Shown: piece after piece, positions 27,389-39,606 of the stretch
Position numbering within the stretch: position 1 is the stretch's first letter
How the letters are laid out: every line of letters begins with the position of its first letter
Source of the DNA: Adineta vaga
Taxonomy: Eukaryota > Animalia > Rotifera
Direction of reading: 5' to 3'
Assembly: GCA_021613535.1 (NCBI GenBank)
Contig: CP075492.1
Span: 12,958,001-13,022,000 of the forward strand
Length of the DNA: 64,000 bases
The notes under the pieces: generated by a model
What the model saw: the letters and a program-made list of their open reading frames with translations, nothing else
The model's database searches: none
What the model was told of the DNA's origin: nothing
Program-made: the position numbers and the translations under genes

Positions 27389-28608
27389 TAGACATCTCAA
27401 TATTAATAGATTGATAACCTTTTTCTTCTTTTCCTTCTCTCCTGTTTCATTCACGATTCAATGCATTTCCGGCTACATTCTATATTTCATTTCATTGCAT
27501 CGCAGTGCATTCATCTAATCACCATCATCATTGCTCAATTGAAAAAAAAGCTAACAAAAAATAGACAAGAAAGATGGTCATTCTCAATTGAGTCTTCTGC
27601 TCAAGGGTAACTTATCATCATCATCATCATCATTATTATTATTCTGTCTCCTCTTCTTTTCCATTTCCTTCACTTGACCAAGATTAAAATAATCTTTTTC
27701 GTCTTTTCTTCTTTTCTTCTTGTATCCAATTCCAATGTGTTCATCTCAGACGACATTGGAGACACTTGTTGAAAAACGATTCTCATCATGATTTCCGCTC
27801 CAAATCTTGTGTATGGACAGTACAACAAAGTTAAGTACTGAGGATCACGCACAACCACTTCTATCTCCCCTCCCCTGCTCTTCTTTTTCTTCTTCTCCTA
27901 TCTTGCTTTTCATTTTTATTTCTATTTCAACATTACATTCATCCACACACAGAGAGAGAGAGAGAAAAAAAAGAATCTAATTACAAAGTGATCATCATTG
28001 TTTAGTCTGAAAACAGATCGACAATGATAGAAGTGAAATTGAATTTTCGCCTTCTTCCTCTTACGACATACTCTCAGGAAGAACACTAAATTATAATCTC
28101 TCCTTCTCTTCTCTTCTCTCTTCCCCTCTGATCGAGAGGAGATTGACAACAAAGATATATGTCCCTCTTTCCTTCTCTTTCTCTCTTTCTCTCTCTTGTG
28201 CTTCTCAAGAGTCTATTTTGTGCTCAGCAAGACACTAGTGACGATTTGATGATGATGATGATGACGATGATATAGGCTTATACTATGTATAAGTATGTAT
28301 ATGTATACAAACAGAATGAATCTGAATCTAAATGAGTGAGCGAGTGAGTGAATGAATGAGTGAGAATATGGATGGAGTTGATTGAATAAATGAAGACACT
28401 TGTAATGTGTTCTGATGTCGATGTAGACATATTCTCTTCTCTGAAGTGGATATTGATATGTTCACCAATATAAAACACTTTTACAACAATTCATCGAAAC
28501 ACAAAACTAACAAATCATTTCACACACATATCTTTCTTTCTTTCTCTTTTCTTTTCTTTTCCAGATACATCACAAATAAACATCATCATCATCATTATTA
28601 TTATTACA

Positions 28609-31292
28609 ATGAACATCATCGTCGTTGTTCTGATATTGTCTCTCTTCTCTTCAGCTCTAGTCCAATCTTTTCAAGAACTAACGCTTCAACTTTCGATCAA
28701 AGAAGAACAGCCCAATGGAACACTCATCGTCGATCTCACATCTCATTTTCCATCACTCAACAACACCACTTCACAAGGATATCTAGTGAAATTCGTTCGA
28801 CCATGTCCAAACATCTATCTTGATCAACACAATCCTTTCTTACTTCGTGCTTTGACAATTGATCGTGAAAAACTCTGTCCATATGAACGTGTTTGTTCTT
28901 TCCAATGTCAGTTGTTTCTACAGAAAGATCACATCAATTTCATTCAACTCAAGTTCAACATCGAAGATATCAATGATCATCAAGCAAAGTTTCGCAAACC
29001 AATGTATTCCTATGAACTTGATCAGAATCTTCCTCTCAACTATCATTTACAATTGGAACAAGCTGAAGATCAAGATTATCTTTCTCATCACAACTATTCT
29101 CTCAATTCTTCTCCATTTCCATTTCCATTTCCATTTCGACTGAACTTTGACGAAAACAATCATTTACTTGAGCTGATTCTTGTACACAAACTATCCTTGT
29201 CTCCTCGAAAACATGCATTTGAATTGATTGTTTCATCGAAAGATGAGAATGGAAACGAGAAAGAAGATGATCGATGTGTGATTGAACTCGAAATCTTATC
29301 AAATGAAGAAAAGAATTCCTTTCCACCTGAATTCCAGTCCAAAGTCTATCAGTTCATCGTTTCCAATCCAAATCAGACGTTCATCGGACAAGTTCACGTG
29401 ATTGAGAAAGATCAAGTATTCTATCGTTTAATCTCATCCAATGAACAGAATCTCGATCTATTTCAAGTCAATGAACGAACTGGCGAAATCTTTCTCAAAC
29501 AAAAACCATCAGAATCTAATCTCAACGAAAACTATGAACTATTCATCGAAGCATTCTATCCAAACTATCTATCATCCTTGACAACTGTACAGATCTTTGT
29601 TAATCTCACTCATTCTTCATCTGTTTCTCAACAAGATTATTTTATTGAAATTCTCATTCCAAAACTGTTTCAAAAGAATGCATCCAATCTCAATGCAATT
29701 TATCTGCAAGAAAACACGTCGGTTCCATTAACGCTTCTCCAATTGTTCATTTCAACTTCGTCCTTGTCTCTTCTCGATATTTCAATGACATCGTCGATAT
29801 CGATGGATTTTCGTGAATACTTTTCATTGAAACAACTCGATGGTGATGATCAACAATCATTGGAACTGATTCTCATCAGACCATTTGATTATGAAATTAT
29901 TCAACAATTTCATCTCGATTTTCTTCTCAATCCATTCAATTTCACAAGAAAATCATTCGATGTTTTCATTGAGAATATCAATGATTGTCAACCACATTTT
30001 GATCAAGAGCAATTTCACTTTCAAATCCAAGAAAATAATCCATTTCCTCTTCTTCTTCATACTTTTCATGCTCTTGATCCCGATCAGTTGAACAATGATC
30101 TCGTTTATGAAATGCAAACTCAAGGTAACTCTCCCTTTTCATTCATCACAAATAAATCAGAACGATGTTGTTTTTCTTTCATCTAGATCAATATGCTTTT
30201 GTATTGAATGCAACAAGTGGTCAATTGTGGATTGCAAAAGCATTGGATCGCGAAGTACAATCACAATACTCTCTCTTGATTTGTGTGTTCGATCAACGCT
30301 TTCGAACATGTTCATCAGTCAACATTGATATTCGAGATGAAAATGATAACATTTGTTCATTTAATTCATCATCGTTGACACTCAATGTCAATGAAAATCT
30401 TCCACCCTACACTTTTCTCACACAACTTCAAGCATTCGATCCTGATTATCGAGAGAATGCTACACTTCACTATGACTTTGTTACATCGACATCCTATCTC
30501 ACTCTGAATTCATCCAATGGTTGGCTTCAAACATCATCCTCACAAATGTTTGATTATGAAATGATTCAGAAATATGCCATTACCATCAAAGCTTGTGATA
30601 ATATTCATTCATCTCCATCATTATGTTGTTATTTACATCTTAATATTCATTTGAATGATCTCGATGATAATCAACCCTATCTGATTTATCCAGCCAATAC
30701 CGATGAGCTGTTGATTATTAATTATACAAGCAAAACGATGCCTCAACTCAAAGCATTTGATAATGATATCGAAACGAAGAATCGTTTGATTTCATATGAA
30801 ATCGTTGGTGGATCATTGAATTCATCACTTGCAATAGATTTTCAATCAGGTCAATTACATCTTCTCTACAAACAATTACCATTATATGGAACATTAATCA
30901 TTTCACTTGCATCACAAACCATTGTTCATTTGACTCTTCTTATTCATGATCATGAAACTGATCCACAACTGTTTCTTCTCTCAGTTGAACGACGAAGAGA
31001 AGCATCATCATCATCACTAATTGTATCAACATTATCTTCACCTTTATTTTATTTGATAGTGTCAATTTGTATTGGAATCAGTATTTTAATTCTCACTCCG
31101 ATTGTATTGATGTTTTATTTTTGTAAACAAAAGTCTCATCATGAGAATAATCCATTGATGACTACGCCGTCAACAACGACACTTTCTGCTCGATCGATAT
31201 CGACGACAGGTGGAATATTGGCAAAGAAACTGTGTGAGACGTATTATTCGTTTGAAGAGACGGCTAATCATGCATCAGTCATTGCAGTGTAA
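28609..31292 (+). CDS. Protocadherin-like protein, copy A (exons 28609-30124 and 30187-31292; 873 aa)
   Basis: Signal peptide; EC1 signature IDREKLC; cadherin motifs DINDH, FDYE, NINDCQPHF, ALDPD, LDRE, DENDN, AFDPD, DLDDNQP; single TM LFYLIVSICIGISILILTPIVLMFYFC; ~55 aa tail. Confidence 0.9.
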
Positions 31293-32578
31293 TAAATTAT
31301 CTTTTTTCTTTTTGTTTGGTTTTATTTTATATTATCTGTATGTGTGTACAAAATAAAAAATAGTTTTGAATGTTTTATATACGAGAAAATAGAATTTCTC
31401 TGATGCACCATATATTTCAAAGTCAATCTGTGAGACTTGTAACATGGTTATATCAATGAATAAGTAATGGACTTTATATCATACGTGCATTGTCGTTGAC
31501 CTATCTAGGTGCATGAAATAAACTTGTATTTTTAATAATAGTATCGAGTCGAACTTTCGCTCTTTCTTAGAGTACATTGGTTTGTGACAAAAGAGAGAGG
31601 AAATGAAGAACTATCTGTACGTGAATATCTCCATTAATTCAGAAAGGATTTCGAAATGAAGAAAATGTGTGTCGTTATAGTTATCATCGATACTATATAG
31701 GTATAACTTTTCTCTTTACTAATGTTCGTGAATGAATACGCGAAATTATACATATATATCATTTATATACAGATTAAAGCAGTGAAGACTTCCAAACTTG
31801 AGTCATACAAATCTGAATTTGAATAGATAAAAGATATTAGTCTGATTCTTAGTTAATCTAATTGATCAGAGGAAAATGAAATAGTTTTGTCATGAGAATA
31901 GTCAAATGGTAAAATTAACCTTCACACAAACACGGTTGAAAATCAAAAGCAAGAGATCATGAATCAATATTGCTACGAAGTAAATCTTAATTTTCTCTAG
32001 TCTGCCATCAATGATAATAATGATCTTTATGTAGGATATCTTTGTGCATGATTCGACTATTTACAGGACGTATTCGTTCCAACTCTGATCACATTGGTTC
32101 CGAATTGAGCAACTCAATACACTTTATAAATCTGACTGACTTGAATCAAACTGAATTCACGAATAACTTTACATGTAATTGCGTTAAGTGTAGAGAAAAA
32201 CCTTTTTATATGTCATTCTTGTAGAAGTTCCAAGAATATGAGAGTGAATTTAGACGTCTCTGTTCATTTTCACTTACATCCTTTTCTTCTAATTAAAATA
32301 CACAATAACTCAGTAGCAAATTGCAAAGAAAGCTATGAAAACGAAAGAGACTTACGACTGATCGGAAAGAGCATTTTTTATGTTGATGGAATCCGTATAC
32401 ACAAAAAGAAAGAAGACAATCTTTCTCTTAACCTAATTGTACATTTTGTCATAGTTTTGATGTCAATTGTTGTTAAAAATAATGATTTACCTTGAGTAGA
32501 TGAACTCGATAGAATGTGAAATGATGATATTAGCAAATATAGAAAACTAACAATTGAATCAAATTTACAAGCAATTTG

Positions 32579-32878
32579 TTAATAGAATTGACATAGTTGA
32601 ATCCAATCTTTTCCTTTAATAGTTTGTTCTTCTAATGTCCGAGAATTTCCTCCTTTTGTTGATGATGTGGCGATGAACCAACATAAAGAATAATAACAAT
32701 TGTTTTCGCATCGATTAAATCATATCTAGAACTTTATTTAATGCCGTTTTTGTTGCTTTGGGACAATCATCACCACCAATTAGTTGTATATTATGAAGAA
32801 ATATAAATAATTCATCGATATCATTCGTATAACCAGAAAAATTTGTCACTTCATCACTTGATCATAATCGCGATGCTC
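32579..32878 (-). pseudogene. Decayed fragment of a vWA-like domain gene in the palindrome spacer
   Basis: Joining four reading-frame segments gives HRDYD / SDEVTNFSGYTNDIDELFIFLHNIQLIGGDDCPKATKTALNKVLDM / IDAKTIVIILYVGSSPHH / GGNSRTLEEQTIKGKDWIQLCQ. The motif order matches vWA-type YRDY..GGGDxPEA..AL..hhhTDAPPH; three frameshifts and stops. Confidence 0.6.
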
Positions 32879-35012
32879 TTAGAGAAAAGTAGAGTATTCT
32901 CATATCTTATTATTTTAATATTATATTTACAAAGAATAGCAAGTTCTGATTTGATTTGTGCCCTTAATTTCATGATGGATGCAAATTGGTAAAGAGGTAA
33001 GTAAGTAAATTAAAAAACGCACCCATGGATCCTTTTGTATCAGAATCTCGTGAAGATTTAGACATGTTTTGTGATTTGAAAAACTCTTGTTGAAAAAATA
33101 GCGTTTGTACAGAATCGATATTTTCTTTTTCTTCGACTTAATTATCACGTAAATGACGTGATTTACAAGGCTGATATAACAATAGAAATGTATCGAATAT
33201 CATAACATCGAGTAAATATTATTTCGGTGATTTTGTGTACAAAAAAATTGAAAAAATTTATACAGATTATTCAAAAATCATTTTAATCGAATGTCATATG
33301 AAAGTTGCTCGTTTTACATGAGAATAAAAAACGTTTTTCAATAATAAATCCTTTCTCAAATTGTTGAATCAGCAATGAGGGTTTTTATTCATCATTTCCT
33401 ATGGTTTTCTTATTATCTGTAAAATACTTGATAATCTTTTGGTTAAATATGTCGGTTGCAAAGAAACTGGCATCAAAAGAAGTCAGTTTGATTGTTATCT
33501 GAAAGAAAATGGCTCAAAACATTCTTCAATCGATTTGCGGCTAGAAAACCTTGACCGATTTAAGTATGACAATTATCATTTAAAAGTTCATCCTCGATTG
33601 TCAATGTATTGTACTTCAATAACAAAAATGAAATCTTAATCACAATTGAATCAGTAATAATATTGTTCATTGATAAGTAAATGTCTTTGCTACGAATAGA
33701 ATAAATATGGACAAATTATATCTTTGCAATATTTAGCTTATTGATCCCGAACTGTATTATTCAATTGATATGTTAATAAAATGACACGACTATGAAAATT
33801 CTCGGTATTCTTTAAAACCCGTTTTATGATCAACGTATAGAAGATTTAGTACATGCACTCAGCTAATACAATAGAAATCTTGAATATCTGTATATGAATT
33901 ACAATAATTTAATAACAAATGAGTATATCGATATTTTAAAATGCGGTCTTTAATCAGATTCAATCGTTAAAAGATACACAACGTCTCAAATAAGCTACAG
34001 GAGAAAGAACATATTTCTAAATCATCAATTTCAACAAAATAAATATCTTTTATAGATGAAACGAACAATATTGATAATACATATTATTTCTCGAGAATGA
34101 AGTTGAGAATTGTACATAATGGAAACACATACATCAATATTTTTGAAAAGGTCTAAAATGATTATTAAATATTCACATCTTGAAGAGCAGCTGTTTTTCA
34201 TTGGTATACGCAACACTTTTTTCTCGGAAAAGAATGTAACTGAGATTATTTTTTCTTCACCCACACTTCCATTATCAACATATTTCCAAAAAATATACTT
34301 TCAAATGTAGGACGCGCTGTACATGGTATTATGTAAGAATACTTGTTTTTAAAACTACAATTCATCGTGTTTTGATTTAGACAATATATAAACGCATTTC
34401 TTTCAAGGTGATATGATCTACAAGTATATCATCGCATTAGATCTACATACTATATTTCATTATCTGAGAAGCTGTTTTAAACAAATTCAAAGTTCCCAAA
34501 TTTGTTATAATATAAATGTTTACCAGAACAGAAATCATGTGAGAATATTACTCACACAATACAGATCATACTCTCATGAAAATGATTTCAATTATCAACA
34601 GTAGAATCTCAACAATGTAGACCCAAAACACAATGACATTTCGTATTTTCTTTCTTCTAAGAGAGAAAAACAACAAAATCAGTCAATTCTTATTTTATGA
34701 GAAAACCATGAACTGTTATTGACTCCTTTAACAATCATAATTGGTAGACTATTGTCGTTGATATTGTATTCGAGAATCTCTAGTTTCCATTTTCGTTCTC
34801 ATACTGAGTAAGAATGTATGTGACGTCAAAACCTTTCACACAAAAGTTATCACCTACTAACACGTTGCCCATCAAACAAATCAAATATCATCCATCCACC
34901 CATGATTCCGAACCTCCTCTACGATACATGGTTTCTTCTATACAAAGTACAGTTTAGAGTATATATATATATTTATTTATTTCGCACACTCAAATATAAA
35001 TACAAATAAAAA

Positions 35013-38000
35013 AATTTATTACACTGCAATGACTGATGCATGATTAGCCGTCTCTTCAAACGAATAATACGTCTCACACAGTTTCTTTGCCAATATTCCA
35101 CCTGTCGTCGATATCGATCGAGCAGAAAGTGTCGTTGTTGACGGCGTAGTCATCAATGGATTATTCTCATGATGAGACTTTTGTTTACAAAAATAAAACA
35201 TCAATACAATCGGAGTGAGAATTAAAATACTGATTCCAATACAAATTGACACTATCAAATAAAATAAAGGTGAAGATAATGTTGATACAATTAATGATGA
35301 TGATGCTTCTCTTCGTCGTTCAACTGAAAGAAGAAACAGTTGTGGATCAGTTTCATGATCATGAATAAGAAGAGTCAAATGAACAATGGTTTGTGATGCA
35401 AGCGAAATGATTAATGTTCCATATAATGGTAATTGTTTGTAGAGAAGATGTAATTGACCTGAATGAAAATCTATTGCAAGTGATGAATTCAATGATCCAC
35501 CAACGATTTCATATGAAATCAAACGATTCTTCATTTCGATATCATTATCAAATGCTTTGAGTTGAGGCATCGTTTTGCTTGTATAATTTATGATCAACAG
35601 CTCATCTGTATTGGCTGGATAAATCAGATAGGGTTGATTATCATCCAGATCATTCAAATGAATATTAAGATGTAAATAACAGCATAATGATGGAGATGAA
35701 TGAATATTATCACAAGCTTTGATGGTAATGGCATATTTCTGAATCATTTCATAATCAAACATTTGTGAGGGTGATGTTTGAATCCAACCATTGGATGAAT
35801 TCAGAGTGAGATAGGATGTCGATGAGACAAAGTCATAGTGAAGTGTAGCATTCTCTCGATAATCAGGATCGAATGCTTGAAGTTGTGTGAGAAAAGTGTA
35901 GGGTGGAAGATTTTCATTGATATTGAGTGTCAACGATGATGAATTAAATGAACAAATGTTATCATTTTCATCTCGAATATCAATGTTGACTGATGAACAT
36001 GTTCGAAAGCGTTGATCGAACACACAAACCAAGAAAGAATATTGTGATTGTACTTCGCGATCCAATGCTTTTGCAATCCACAATTGACCACTTGTTGCAT
36101 TCAATGCAAAAGCATCTTGATCTAGATGAAAGAAAAACAACAACATCGTTCCGATTTATTTGTGATGAATGAAAAAGGAGAGTTACCTTGAGTTTGCATT
36201 TCATAAATGAGATCATTGTTCAACTGATCGGGATCAAGAGCATGAAAAGTATGAAGAAGAAGAGGAAATGGATTATTTTCTTGGATTTGAAAATGAAATT
36301 GCTCTTGATCAAAATGTGGTTGACAATCATTGATATTCTCAATGAAAACATCGAATGATTTTCTTGTGAAATTGAATGGATTGAGAAGAAAATCGAGATG
36401 AAATTGTTGAATGATTTCATAATCGAATGGTTTGACGAGAATCAGTTCCAATGATTGTTGATCATCACCATCGAGTTGTTTCAACGAAAAGTATTCACGA
36501 AAATCCATCGATATCCACGATGTCATTGAAATATCGAGAAGCGACAAGGACGAAGTTGAAATGAACAATTGAAGAAGTGTCAATGGAACCGACGTGTTTT
36601 CTTGCAGATAAATTGCATTGAGATTGGAGGCATTCTTTTGAAATAGTTTTGGAATGAGAATTTCAATAAAATAATCTTGTTGAGAAACAGACGAAGAATG
36701 AGTGAGATTAACAAAGATCTGTACAGTTGTCAAAGATGAGAGATAGTTTGGATAGAAGGCTTCGATGAATAGTTCATAGTTTTCGTTGAGATTAGATTCT
36801 GATGGTTTTTGTTTGAGAAAGATTTCGCCAGTTCGTTCATTGACTTGAAATAGATCGAGATTCTGTTCATTGGATGAGATTAAACGATAGAATACTTGAT
36901 CTTTCTCAACCACGTGAACTTGTCCGATGAATGTCTGATTTGGATTGGAAACGATGAACTGATAGAATTTGGACTGGAATTCAGGTGGAAACGAATTCTT
37001 TTCTTCATTTGATAAGATTTCGAGTTCAATCACACATCGATCATCTTCTTTCTCGTCTCCATTCTCATCTTTCGATGAAACAATCAATTCAAATGCATAT
37101 TTTCGAGGAGACAAGGGTAGTTTGTCTACAAGAATCAGCTCAAGTAAATGATTGTTTTCGTCGAAGTTCAATCGAAATGGAAATGGAAATGGAAATGGAG
37201 AAGAAGAATTGAGAGAATAGTTGTGATGAGAAAGATAATCTTGATCTTCAGCTTGTTCCAATTGTAAATGATAGTTGAGAGGAAGATTCTGATCAAGTTC
37301 ATAGGAATACATTGGTTTGCGAAACTTTGCTTGATGATCATTGATATCTTCGATGCTGAACTTGAGTTGAATGAAATTGATGTGATCTTTCTGTAGAAAC
37401 AACTGACATTGAAAAGAACAAACACGTTCATATGGACAGAGTTTTTCACGATCAATCATCAAAGCACGAAGTAAGAAAGGATTGTGATGATCAAGATAGA
37501 TGTTTGGACATGGTCGAACGAATTTCACTAGATATCCTTGTGAAGTGGTGTTGTTGAATGATGGAAAATGCGATGTGAGATCGACGATGAGTGTTCCATT
37601 TGGTTGTTCTTCTTTGATCGAAAGTTGAAGCGAAAGTTCTTGAAAAGATTGGACTAGAGCTGAAGAGAAGAGAGACAATATCAGAACAACGACGATGATG
37701 TTCATTGTAATAATAATAATAATAATGATGATGATGTTTATTTGTGATGTATCTGGAAAAGAAAAGAAAAGAAAAGAGAAAGAAAGATATGTCTGTGAAA
37801 TGATTTGTTAGTTTTGTGTTTCGATGAATTGTTGTAAAAGTGTTTTATATTGATGAACATATCAATATCCACTTCAGAGAAGAGAATATGTCTACATCGA
37901 CATCAGAACACATTACAAGTGTCTTCATTTATTCAATCAACTCCATCCATATTCTCACTCATTCACTCACTCACACATTTAGATTCAGATTCATTCTGTT

Positions 38001-39379
38001 TGTATACACATACATACTTATACATAATATAAGCCTATATCATCGTCATCATCATCATCATCAAATCGTCACTAGTGTCTTGCTGAGCACAAAATAGACT
38101 CTTGAGAAGCACAAGAGAGAGAGAGAGAGAAGGAAAGAGGGACATATATCTTTGTTGTCAATCTCCTCTCGATCAGAGGGGGAGAGAGAAGAGAAGGAGA
38201 GAAGGAGAGATTATAATTTAGTGTTCTTCCTGAGAGTATGTCGTAAGAGGAAGAAGGCGAAAATTCAATTTCACTTCTATCATTGTCGATCTGTTTTCAG
38301 ACTAAACAATGATGATCACTTTGTAATTAGATTCTTTTTTTTTCTCTCTCTCTCTCTGTATGTGGGTGAATGTAATGTTGAAATAGAAATAAAAATGAAA
38401 AGAGAGATAGAAGAAGAAGAAGAGGGGAGGAGAGATAGAAGTGGTTGTGCGTGATCCTCAGTACTTAACTTTGTTGTACTGTCCATACACATGATTTGGA
38501 GCGGAAATCATGATGAGAATCGTTTTTCAACAAGTGTCTCCAATGTCGTCTGAGATGAACACATTGGAATTGGATACAAGAAGAAGAAAAGAAGAAAAGA
38601 CGAAAAAGATTATTTTAATCTTGGTCAAGTGAAGGAAATGGAAAAGAAGAGGAGACAGAATAATAATGATGATGATGATGATGATGATAAGTTACCCTTG
38701 AGCAGAAGACTCAATTGAGAATGACCATCTTTCTTTTCTATTTTTTGTTAGCTTTTTTTCAATTGAGCAATGATGATGGTGATTAGATGAATGCACTGCG
38801 ATGCAATGAAATGAAATATAGAATGTAGCCGGAAATGCATTGAATCGTGAATGAAACAGGAGAGAAGGAAAAGAAGAAAAAGGTTATCAATCTATTAATA
38901 TTGAGATGTCTATGTGTGTGTGTGTGTGTGTGTGTGATAGAGAGTGAGAGAATGAGAACGATTGGTGACGATTAATGGTCGTTTTTATGTGTGTGTATGT
39001 GTGTATTAGTATGAGGAGAGACGATTTGAATGTTGTCTTATCTTTGTTAAAGTTGAACATAATTTATCGATATCGAAATAATAGTGGTGATGGTAGTCAA
39101 AACAGATGTTTGATGGAGTTGAGTTATCTGAATGTATGTGTGTGAGGGTGAAGAAGTAGTGGTAGTTGTAATTGAGAAAGAGATTGTATGTTAAGTGTAT
39201 ATATTGGTGAAAGAAAAACAAGAAGAAGAAGAAGAAGAAGACGAACATATGTGTAGAGGTAATTCGATTAGTGGTTTTGGGTGGACATGTTGAATTTGTT
39301 GAGAAGAAGGCAAGGGAAAGATAACGGTCTGGTAGACAAGACGGTCACTTGACTTGACAACAGGAACTATGCAACTGTC
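35013..39379 (-). repeat. Right arm (~4.37 kb) of the inverted repeat
   Basis: Reverse complement of 26942-31298; ends ...caggaactatgcaactgtc. Confidence 0.95.
35019..37705 (-). CDS. Protocadherin-like protein, copy B (exons 37705-36187 and 36121-35019)
   Basis: Same motifs and intron position as copy A; open frame; 25 substitutions and two 1-aa indels versus copy A by manual comparison. Confidence 0.9.
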
Positions 39380-39606
39380 GAAATCAGTTATGTGTCTTTA
39401 ATAAAGTTTTGAATATGTCAACTAATGTTCCATACATATCTAATTGATGATCAGTTGAATTGTCTGTTGATTTCTTTTTCTCCGGAACTTGTATTGAATG
39501 TAAAAACATGTACAATCAGAGAATAGAAAAGATGAGATGTATTTTTCGGATTGGCTTTAAGGATTGCTTTATTAGCGAAAAAATAGACACTCTGTTAAAA
39601 AATAGT

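Larger units (their letters stand above)
26942..31298 (+). repeat. Left arm (~4.36 kb) of a large inverted repeat (palindrome)
   Basis: From gacacttgcatagttcctgttgtcaagtc to attgcagtgtaataaatt it is the reverse complement of 35013-39379, apart from scattered substitutions and microsatellite length differences. Confidence 0.95.

Noticed and set aside
27073-28478. Short ORFs 'conserved' in both palindrome arms (e.g. MFVFF..HQYIHLTY, MLSISSRSEG)
   Set aside because: Conservation follows from arm identity; they are microsatellite-derived, and some change frame between arms.
33000-35000. Short ORFs in the rest of the palindrome spacer
   Set aside because: No recognisable domains or consistent exon chain.
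26942-39379. Inverted arms as terminal inverted repeats of a transposon (foldback or Polinton-like)
   Set aside because: The arms contain a host gene, the spacer has no transposase, integrase or polymerase, and no target-site duplication is evident.
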